Shown here: positions 1 through 7,111 of the stretch, piece by piece | How positions within the stretch are numbered: position 1 is the stretch's first letter | How the letters are laid out: every line of letters begins with the position of its first letter | Program-made: the position numbers and the translations under genes | Notes under the pieces: generated by a model | Database searches by the model: none | What the model saw: the letters and a program-made list of their open reading frames with translations, nothing else | What the model was told of the DNA's origin: nothing | Source: Cellvibrionaceae bacterium | GTDB taxonomy: Bacteria; Pseudomonadota; Gammaproteobacteria; Pseudomonadales; Cellvibrionaceae | NCBI GenBank assembly: GCA_021151825.1 | Contig: JAGKWQ010000014.1 | Span: 6,455 to 70,454 of the forward strand | Direction: 5' to 3' | Length of the DNA stretch: 64,000 nt

Positions 1-83
1 AAAAAATCGCAAAAGAGCTTGGTGTATCACCAACACTGGTTAATTTTATGATTTGCGATGCATTGTTCAAACGTCTACGGTAA
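1..83 (+). CDS. 3' end of a PvdS-like ECF sigma factor (partial, runs off window start)
   Basis: Frame starting at nt 3 reads KIAKELGVSPTLVNFMICDALFKRLR*, close to the PvdS region-4 sequence DIARELGVSPTLVNFMIRDAL as I recall it. Overlaps the phnR 3' end by 17 nt. Not in the ORF track. Confidence 0.7.
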   Translation, partial: KIAKELGVSPTLVNFMICDALFKRLR

Positions 84-771
84 CTTCAATCGCATTGTGT
101 AACCAATGTTCAATGTTGTAATCGATTAATTTTTTTCCTTCATCATAACGCCAGCGCAAAATTTTCAGGCAGGGATGTCCATCGCTACAGCCCAATGCGA
201 TGGCTTGGTCTGTTTCCAGGCTGCCCACCTGAATATTACTGGTTTCGCTACCGATATTTACGCCGTAATGGCGATTTTGTAATTCGGTGATGGATTGGCT
301 GAGGTCAAAGTTTTCCAGATCTGGAAAGCGGCGCGTATCAAAAAATAAATCTTCGATTAACACGGGGCGGCCATCAAGGCTACGAATACGGCGCACTGTA
401 AGCAGCGAGTTTTTGCCGCTAAGTTGCATCGCTTCTTTTAACGATGGTGATGCAGGACATTTTTCGATTTTTAATACTTGCGTTTGCGCCATGCGGCCTT
501 GTTCAACTGCCATGGTATTGAAATTAACTTTGCGTTTGGCATCAATGACAAAACGTGCCGGTGCAACAAACCAGCCGCGGCGGTTTTGTCGATAAATCAA
601 ACCTTCGGATTCGAGTTTTACCAAGGCATCGCGCAAGGTAATACGGGTGGTACTGAATTGTTCCACCAGTTCGCGTTCGGACGGCAATTTATCATTAGCT
701 ACCAGGCGTCCTGATTGAATAATCGTTTGCAAATGCCGCCGCAATTGTTGGTAAATCGGTATCGCTTCCAT
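67..771 (-). CDS. phnR: GntR/HutC (UTRA) family repressor, PhnR-like phosphonate regulator
   Basis: N-terminal wHTH (KLPSERELVEQFSTTRITLRDALVKLESEGLIYRQNRRGWFV), C-terminal UTRA domain, last gene of an operon with phnX. Confidence 0.85.
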   Translation of the reverse strand: MEAIPIYQQLRRHLQTIIQSGRLVANDKLPSERELVEQFSTTRITLRDALVKLESEGLIYRQNRRGWFVAPARFVIDAKRKVNFNTMAVEQGRMAQTQVLKIEKCPASPSLKEAMQLSGKNSLLTVRRIRSLDGRPVLIEDLFFDTRRFPDLENFDLSQSITELQNRHYGVNIGSETSNIQVGSLETDQAIALGCSDGHPCLKILRWRYDEGKKLIDYNIEHWLHNAIEVTVDV

Positions 772-786
772 TGTATCTCCTCGTTA

Positions 787-821
787 GCGCCGCCTAGTGT
801 AAGGGGTACACAAGGCGGTGC
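787..821. other. GC-rich hairpin between phnX and phnR
   Basis: GCGCCGCCT(787-795) pairs with AGGCGGTGC(813-821), plus inner GTGTA/TACAC. No U-tract follows on the minus strand. Confidence 0.5.
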
Positions 822-881
822 CTAGCAGGAGATTACTGTCCGAATGCGAGCTGATTGGTGAATGGCCGGGAAGATCGCCAG

Positions 882-1679
882 TCAGGGTTTTTCGTTACGA
901 GCCAAACGACATTCAATATCGGCTAATACGCTGGGCAAATCTGCTACGGAATCAATAAAATAATGCGCTCCGGTATGCTCCAGGCTGCGATAGGCCCCAC
1001 AGCGTAAAGTGGCGCGCGCCTCTGGTGATAATTGTTGCCATTCTGTTTCACCAAGCCCGACGGCATTACCGCTAATTGCGACGGCAACTGTCCACATACC
1101 GGCGTTGCGGCCTTCACTGATACCGGGCGCGGTATCATCCACCTTCACGCAATGTTGCACTGCACTCACACCCAATTGCACAAGATTTGAAAGCGCTGCC
1201 GCTGCAGCGGGTCTGGTTACGGGCACTTCATCGGCAGCAACGATACAATCTGGCACAAAGCCTTGTTTTGCCGCTGCTACCACTAAATTATCAATCATCG
1301 CGCGTCCATAACCGGTGGTGGTACCGATTTTTAAACCGCGTGCGCGCACTGCAACCAACATATCCAATGTGCCGGGAACCAGTTTGGTATGTAATTCAAT
1401 TTGCTCGCGTTGCAATGGAATCAAGCGTTGATACAGCGCATCAATTTCTGCTTCTGTCGGCAGGCGGCCATGCCGTGTAATCCAGGCCTGTTGAATGCGC
1501 GGTTGTTGCAACAATCGACAAATGTGCACACGCTTTTCGGTGCCCATAGGTTCGCGTGCTTCAGCGAGGGTAATGTCAATACCGTGTTCCGCAAATAATT
1601 CTACAAATGCTTTTAGCGGTGCACGTGAACCGAAATCTACCAGTGTGCCCGCCCAATCAAAAATAACTGCTTCTAACAT
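882..1679 (-). CDS. phnX: Phosphonoacetaldehyde hydrolase (phosphonatase), HAD family
   Basis: AVIFDWAGTLVDFGSRAP motif I, AREPMG, GTTTGY, VKVDDT, EGRNAGMWTV. Start set at ATG 1679 (AAGG SD upstream, no overlap with the upstream gene) rather than 1742. Confidence 0.93.
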   Translation of the reverse strand: MLEAVIFDWAGTLVDFGSRAPLKAFVELFAEHGIDITLAEAREPMGTEKRVHICRLLQQPRIQQAWITRHGRLPTEAEIDALYQRLIPLQREQIELHTKLVPGTLDMLVAVRARGLKIGTTTGYGRAMIDNLVVAAAKQGFVPDCIVAADEVPVTRPAAAAALSNLVQLGVSAVQHCVKVDDTAPGISEGRNAGMWTVAVAISGNAVGLGETEWQQLSPEARATLRCGAYRSLEHTGAHYFIDSVADLPSVLADIECRLARNEKP

Positions 1680-1692
1680 ATTGAAAACCTTG

Positions 1693-2871
1693 TTAAACAA
1701 TGTTGATAAAATCGAGTGGTTGTTGTGCGGCGATTTGCTCAATCACTAACTCCATAAAACCACCGCTACAAGTCATGCCTTTGCCACCAATGCCGGTGAC
1801 GGCATGAATATATTTTTGAACGCGTGTTGCGAGAATTGAATTGTCGTGCTGGCTGTAATATCCGTTCCAGAAACGGTTGATGCGTAATTCATCTACACCG
1901 AGTATGCGTTGCGCTTCAGTGAGGATTAATTGGTTGATGTGTTGATCGTTGTGATAATCAAGCGAATCAACATCCAGTGCGTTGGTATAGTGATGTGAAT
2001 CACCAATAATCAATGAACCGTCTGCACGCTGGGCAAATAACAAATGAATGCCTTCTGCTTGCAATTGCTGTTGATATTCCGAGGCAACTAAATTCGAATA
2101 GGAAGGACAGCTATGGAATGCGTCGTAACGGCGAATCGATAAACCGGTTAGCAAATTGCAATGTAATTTCACCTGGCTGGACGCAATGGTATCCATCATT
2201 TGTAATTTGCAAATTCGCATTTCCGGTGTTTGTAATATCGAGGGGAATAAACGATTGAGTTGATGACCACAACAAATCAGGACATCGCGCGCGCTATAGA
2301 TCGCATTGTCAGCAGTGCGCAGGTTACATCCGGAATTATTTTCTTCCACTGAGTGGATCAGGCTACCATTTCGATAATCACAGCGGCCAGACTGGATAAT
2401 CACTTGTAATAACGCTGCTAATAATTTGGGGCTGTCCACTGTGGCATCATCAGGAAAAAATAATCCACCTTTGGCGTAATCTTTATTCAGTGGTTGTGAT
2501 AATTCGCAACATTCATTAGCACTCAACAGTCGGCTGGCATAACCTTGTCCATCATTTAGTTGCTGCATTTCCTCCAGCAATTGCAACTCCTGCTCATCTG
2601 ATGCGACATACAAAGAGCCATTTTTTTTCCAGGGCAGGGGAATTGATTTATTAATTTCCGTTAAATGGTGTACTGTCCTCGCCCCGATATTACGCCAGTT
2701 ATTCAGGCTCACACCGGATGGAACCAGTTGTCCGAAATTGCGCACGCTGGCGCCTTTGGCTTCCACGCCTGATTCTAATAATAATACTGACCATCCACGT
2801 TGTATCGCGTGATAGGCCGCAAATGTGCCGAGAATTCCAGCACCGACTATAGCGAGATCATACTGTTTCAT
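1693..2871 (-). CDS. FAD-dependent amine oxidoreductase (DAO family, TIGR03364/PbfC-like)
   Basis: GAGILG Rossmann motif, GASVRNFGQ, RICKLQMM, IIGDSHHY and TGIGGKGMT motifs, next to phnX. ATG at 2871 preferred over TTG at 2877. Confidence 0.85.
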   Translation of the reverse strand: MKQYDLAIVGAGILGTFAAYHAIQRGWSVLLLESGVEAKGASVRNFGQLVPSGVSLNNWRNIGARTVHHLTEINKSIPLPWKKNGSLYVASDEQELQLLEEMQQLNDGQGYASRLLSANECCELSQPLNKDYAKGGLFFPDDATVDSPKLLAALLQVIIQSGRCDYRNGSLIHSVEENNSGCNLRTADNAIYSARDVLICCGHQLNRLFPSILQTPEMRICKLQMMDTIASSQVKLHCNLLTGLSIRRYDAFHSCPSYSNLVASEYQQQLQAEGIHLLFAQRADGSLIIGDSHHYTNALDVDSLDYHNDQHINQLILTEAQRILGVDELRINRFWNGYYSQHDNSILATRVQKYIHAVTGIGGKGMTCSGGFMELVIEQIAAQQPLDFINIV

Positions 2872-2879
2872 AACCAACC

Positions 2880-4184
2880 TTACTCATAACAAAATTTCAT
2901 GGGGGATAAAGGACGTGCGCGTAAACGCCGATTGAAATAGGCGAGGGACAATGCCATTAACAGCATTCCCAAAAAACCAAAGCTATAGCTGCCGGTGACG
3001 ACAAAATCGATCCATTGCAATTGTGGTTGGATAAAATTTTTGAACAGCAAAATAACAATGGTGCCGATATACCCAAACGCATCGGCGACATAAATTAAAA
3101 AACCGGCGTTAGCAACGCTGCCACTAGCGGCCACCAGGCGATCAAAGAAAATGCAATTGAAGGGAATGTAACTCATGTAGAGGCCGGCATTTAATAGCAA
3201 CATCCACCAAAGCCCGTTAATGATGTCTAATTGAAATAATGCCGTTGCTAGCGCAGACAGTGCGAACCCCGCAATCACCACCCAGTGTAATAAACAGAGC
3301 GCGCGCAAATTATTCGTGACCCACATGCTCAGCCACATAATTCCTAATACCAATAACGCAATAGGAATACTGGTGGTGGCGAAAATTTCGGGTGCGTTGC
3401 CATAACCCAATTCAATCCACAATTCCGCCGCAAAATTATCGGTGAAATCGCGAAATGCGGTGAGCAACATGTAAGTAAAAATCAGCGCGGTTAAACCCCA
3501 TCCAAATTGTTGGTAAAATGCCTGGCGTTGTGCGCGGTCCATCGGGCGCCGTTCCCGGCGCTGTGCAATATCGTCTGGTGTCGGTGGTGGTGTTTGTGCG
3601 AGTAACCAAATGCAAATCATCACCAACGGTAAAAATAACGCACCGCACACGGCGGGCATCCAGAACTCAGGAACACCTGCATCCACAATTAACCAGCGGC
3701 CAATGGTTTTTACGATGCCGGAACCGAAAATTAAACTCGTACACAAAATAGCGCCGAGCGCTTCAGTCACACGCCTGCCTTCGAGGTAACTGAATACCAA
3801 ACCCCATACCAGTCCCAAAGGTAAACCGTTGGCAAACAGTGCGATGATTTTTAATTCCGGAGGTAGCAACGCAAATAACACCAACATCAATTGCGCCCAT
3901 AACACCAGCCCGATAAACCAGGAAAAGCGTTTTTCAGCGGTGATTTCCGAAATGACTTTTATGCCGATAAATTTCGATAACGCATAACCCAATACTTGCG
4001 CAATGAGCAATGCGGTTTTGAAATCCAGCGACCAATCCCAACCGGCAACATGATCAAATGTTGCCGCAGTAAATGGTTTGCGATAGGCATACATGCTGAT
4101 GTACGTCATCATCGCCACGCCGCCGGTAAATAAAATAAATACCGGCGTTGTGCAGCGCTGCAAATAGCGATGTAAGGCAGTCAT
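2880..4184 (-). CDS. MFS-like integral membrane protein, DUF5690-type; probable aminophosphonate permease
   Basis: About 12 hydrophobic segments; motifs MYAYRKPFTAATF, GYALSKFIGIKVISE, FSYLEGRR, YMSYIPFNCIFFDR, GFLIYVADAFGY. Confidence 0.75.
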   Translation of the reverse strand: MTALHRYLQRCTTPVFILFTGGVAMMTYISMYAYRKPFTAATFDHVAGWDWSLDFKTALLIAQVLGYALSKFIGIKVISEITAEKRFSWFIGLVLWAQLMLVLFALLPPELKIIALFANGLPLGLVWGLVFSYLEGRRVTEALGAILCTSLIFGSGIVKTIGRWLIVDAGVPEFWMPAVCGALFLPLVMICIWLLAQTPPPTPDDIAQRRERRPMDRAQRQAFYQQFGWGLTALIFTYMLLTAFRDFTDNFAAELWIELGYGNAPEIFATTSIPIALLVLGIMWLSMWVTNNLRALCLLHWVVIAGFALSALATALFQLDIINGLWWMLLLNAGLYMSYIPFNCIFFDRLVAASGSVANAGFLIYVADAFGYIGTIVILLFKNFIQPQLQWIDFVVTGSYSFGFLGMLLMALSLAYFNRRLRARPLSPMKFCYE

Positions 4185-4189
4185 GATGC

Positions 4190-6787
4190 TCAGAAACCAA
4201 ACTTGATGCCGGCTTGCCCGCGCACGCCGTAATATTCAATTTGTTTCGGGCGATCACTGCTGCCGATGTAATAACTCAAGGGTTCATCAGTGAGATTATT
4301 GAGCTCCGCAAATACCATTAACTGTTCAGTGATTTGAAATGAGGTGCTGAAATCGACGCTGGTATAGTCACCATAGTAATTATCAAATTTGGCTTCCTCT
4401 CCGTGTTCTTCGATGTAAGCACCTTTCTGGTTAATCGCAATTCGCGCCGAAAAACGTCCGTCATCGTAATAAAACGTGATGTTGTATAACTCGTCGGCCT
4501 GGCGTGGAATAGGTACAGTACCGGAGCGACCATCAATGGTCATGGACGAATTCATTGCTGTGAAATTGGTTTGTATTCCGGTATGGCGCAACAGACCGGG
4601 TAAAAAAGTAAACCGTTTATTCAGCGCGATTTCAGCACCGTAGAGTTTTGCATCGGCGCCATTTTCAGGACGGAAAAAATTCACGCCGGACTTGCCATTA
4701 AATTCACCGATGCTGCTGCTTTGGAAAATAGGATCGGTGATGTCCTTGTAAAAAAGCCCGCCGGATAACAAACCTATATCGCCAAAATAATGTTCGGCCA
4801 TCAGGTCATAATTCCAACTGTAAGTCGGATCGAGTTGGGTGTTGCCGCTGAAAAACTCGTTGTCCGCTTCGGAATAGGTGCCGCCGGGATTAAGCGAGGC
4901 GAAATCGGGACGAGTGAAACTGCGAGTCGCTGACAACCGTAAATTGGTGTTGTCATTGATGTTGTATTTCACATGGACCGATGGTAATACAGAAACATAA
5001 TCTTTCTTATCGTTGCTATTTTGTAAGCTGGATTTATTCGTCGCCGCATCCGTTACCAATACCTGTCCGGCAACTTCTGTGATGGTCTGCTCCAAACGCA
5101 CACCGGAAATCAGATTCCATTGATCATTCAATTGCCAGGTTGCCATACCGTAAGCAGCTGTATGTTGTTCCTCGACATCGAAATTGCGACCCAATGCGGC
5201 ACCGTTGGAAATCAACGCCGATTCACTGTCAACCAATACCAGATTATGGCGGTTGGCGTTGTACCAATCACTCAGGTCTTTATTGGAAACCACTTTGGAA
5301 AAATGTTGTTGGTAAACGGGACCGATGTTTAAATCATCCAGATAATCCGTGCGACCCGGCTGGTCAATTTGCTGGAAGTCAGCGAGTGTAGGTGCAGGGC
5401 CCGCCGCTTTATTCCACTCATAAAATTCATCGGCATAAGAAGCGGTGCGTTGCTTATCGCGATACTTTGCGCCGAATTTTAAGGCGAGATCATCGTTGAT
5501 ATCAGTATTGAAATTAACACTGGCAACCGCTTTATCTTTTTCTTCTACGTGGACTTTATAAAGTTCGACCCAGGATAAAACTTCTTTGCGCGGGTCCATG
5601 GCAAAACCATCGGGCAAATGAGTGCTAATGGCATCGGCAGGGTCGCTGCCACCGTCAATGGTGTTATACGCATATTTTTTTCCGGTGCCGCGATCTTCAA
5701 GCCCGGTGTAGCCCACATTTTTTTGATCGAAACGAACCACAAAATAGGAATTGTCATCGCAATTGGGAATACAACCGTATTTAAATTCATTCGCATACGT
5801 TGCCAGGGTCCAATCCCAGCGACTGGCGTCACTAAGGTGATGTTCGCCACCGATCTGGTAACCGGTCATTTCGGTAATCAATTCGTTGTGAATGTTTTGT
5901 ACTTCCACGCGATCCTTATCAAAACGGTAGCGGTGTTTGTAATGGGTTTCGTCATCAATCAGCGTGCCGTAAAGTGCGCGTGCTGTGAATTTATTGTCAT
6001 CGTTGGGAGCAAATTCCATCGCTGCATTTAATCCGTAAGTTTCGCGCTCGCCGGTGTAATCGCGTAATTCCAAACGATAAATTCCCAAACCATCATCGCC
6101 TCTACGCGGTTCGTAATTGTCGGTTGCCCATGCGCGTTTCCATGCCGTACCGTTGACTAAAAAACCAAAACGTCCATCGTCAGTACGATTGCCATAAAGC
6201 ACACTCGCGTTGTAACCACTGTGGTCATCCGCTTTTTCATTAAATGAATCTGCCAGAGAGATATGAAAAGTTTCCTGCTCCGGCGCGGTGCGGGTAATAA
6301 AATTGACACTGCCACCAATCGCATCGCCTTCCATATCAGCGGTTAAGGTTTTGGATACTTCGATGCGTTGGATCATTTCTGTTGGAAAAAAATCAAATGC
6401 AGTAGCGCGGCTGGTGGTTTCTTCTTCCGCAGTGGGAATGCGATCACCATTTAACGTGGTGGAATTCCATTGCGAGGGCAGGCCGCGTACTGCCACAAAA
6501 CGGCCTTCGCCCTGATCGCGTTCAATCGATACGCCCGGCACGCGCTGCAATGCTTCTGCCGCATTGCGATCCGGTAGCGTTGCCATATCGGTAGCGCTCA
6601 CCACACTCATCACCCGGTTGGAATGTTGCTGGATTTCCAGTGCGCGTTGTTCGCCGCGCACCAAATGTCCGAGTACCTGGATTTCTTCTATTGCGGGATT
6701 ATCACTGGTGGCTTCTTGGGCCACTAACGGTGCGCTCGCCAACGCAATGGCCAATGCCAGGGGGTTGCGCAGAAGTAACGAATTCAT
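4190..6787 (-). CDS. TonB-dependent outer-membrane receptor
   Basis: Signal peptide, IEEIQVLG TonB box region, plug (AEALQRVPGVSIERDQGEGRFVAVRG; IEVSKTLTADMEGDAIGGSVN), NLTDEP near the C-terminus, terminal Phe. Confidence 0.95.
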   Translation of the reverse strand: MNSLLLRNPLALAIALASAPLVAQEATSDNPAIEEIQVLGHLVRGEQRALEIQQHSNRVMSVVSATDMATLPDRNAAEALQRVPGVSIERDQGEGRFVAVRGLPSQWNSTTLNGDRIPTAEEETTSRATAFDFFPTEMIQRIEVSKTLTADMEGDAIGGSVNFITRTAPEQETFHISLADSFNEKADDHSGYNASVLYGNRTDDGRFGFLVNGTAWKRAWATDNYEPRRGDDGLGIYRLELRDYTGERETYGLNAAMEFAPNDDNKFTARALYGTLIDDETHYKHRYRFDKDRVEVQNIHNELITEMTGYQIGGEHHLSDASRWDWTLATYANEFKYGCIPNCDDNSYFVVRFDQKNVGYTGLEDRGTGKKYAYNTIDGGSDPADAISTHLPDGFAMDPRKEVLSWVELYKVHVEEKDKAVASVNFNTDINDDLALKFGAKYRDKQRTASYADEFYEWNKAAGPAPTLADFQQIDQPGRTDYLDDLNIGPVYQQHFSKVVSNKDLSDWYNANRHNLVLVDSESALISNGAALGRNFDVEEQHTAAYGMATWQLNDQWNLISGVRLEQTITEVAGQVLVTDAATNKSSLQNSNDKKDYVSVLPSVHVKYNINDNTNLRLSATRSFTRPDFASLNPGGTYSEADNEFFSGNTQLDPTYSWNYDLMAEHYFGDIGLLSGGLFYKDITDPIFQSSSIGEFNGKSGVNFFRPENGADAKLYGAEIALNKRFTFLPGLLRHTGIQTNFTAMNSSMTIDGRSGTVPIPRQADELYNITFYYDDGRFSARIAINQKGAYIEEHGEEAKFDNYYGDYTSVDFSTSFQITEQLMVFAELNNLTDEPLSYYIGSSDRPKQIEYYGVRGQAGIKFGF

Positions 6788-6843
6788 GCTGTCGATCCGG
6801 TTGTTGGTTGTGTTGATTGGTGATTTCTATTTGCACTTAATTC

Positions 6844-6861
6844 ATCTGGTCTATACCAGAT
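6844..6861. promoter_or_regulatory. PhnR/PhnF-type operator 1
   Basis: Palindrome ATCTGGT-CTAT-ACCAGAT. The core reads TGGTATAGACCA on the minus strand, the HutC-subfamily/PhnF-type operator, and lies just downstream of the predicted -10. Confidence 0.75.
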
Positions 6862-6870
6862 AATGAAGTC

Positions 6871-6915
6871 ACCATAACCCAACAATATGTCAGTTCAATG
6901 ACGGATAAATGACGA
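6871..6915 (-). promoter_or_regulatory. PhoB-dependent promoter of the TBDR-phn operon (Pho box plus -10)
   Basis: Minus strand carries three 11-bp-phased repeats TCGTCATTTAT / CCGTCATTGAA / CTGACATATTG. The -10-like TATGGT (6871-6876) sits 10 nt after the 18-bp box. Confidence 0.75.
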
Positions 6916-7012
6916 TTTTGAGGACAGTTGCATGAGCAGGAAAAATAGGACTAATCACTTTATAGAAACTATTACCTGTGGCTTTCGTCGCACGGAAGAA
7001 ATTGTTGGTTGG

Positions 7013-7056
7013 CTGTAACATCAATGTCACTCGCCAGTCATATTGATAGGTAATAT
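7013..7056 (+). promoter_or_regulatory. PhoB-dependent promoter of the secreted hydrolase (Pho box plus -10)
   Basis: 11-bp-phased repeats CTGTAACATCA / ATGTCACTCGC / CAGTCATATTG, then -10-like TAATAT at 7051-7056. Confidence 0.65.
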
Positions 7057-7079
7057 TGGACTAGACCAGATTTGGTCTA
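7057..7079. promoter_or_regulatory. PhnR/PhnF-type operator 2
   Basis: TGGACTAGACCA (7057-7068) plus an overlapping inverted repeat TAGACCA-GATT-TGGTCTA (7062-7079). Same core as operator 1. Confidence 0.7.
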
Positions 7080-7111
7080 ACTTTTAATTAACGTATATAA
7101 GGAGGGTTCCT

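Noticed and set aside
1680-1742. 21-aa N-terminal extension of PhnX in the ORF track
   Set aside because: It overlaps the upstream oxidase gene. HAD motif I starts right after Met at 1679, which has its own SD.
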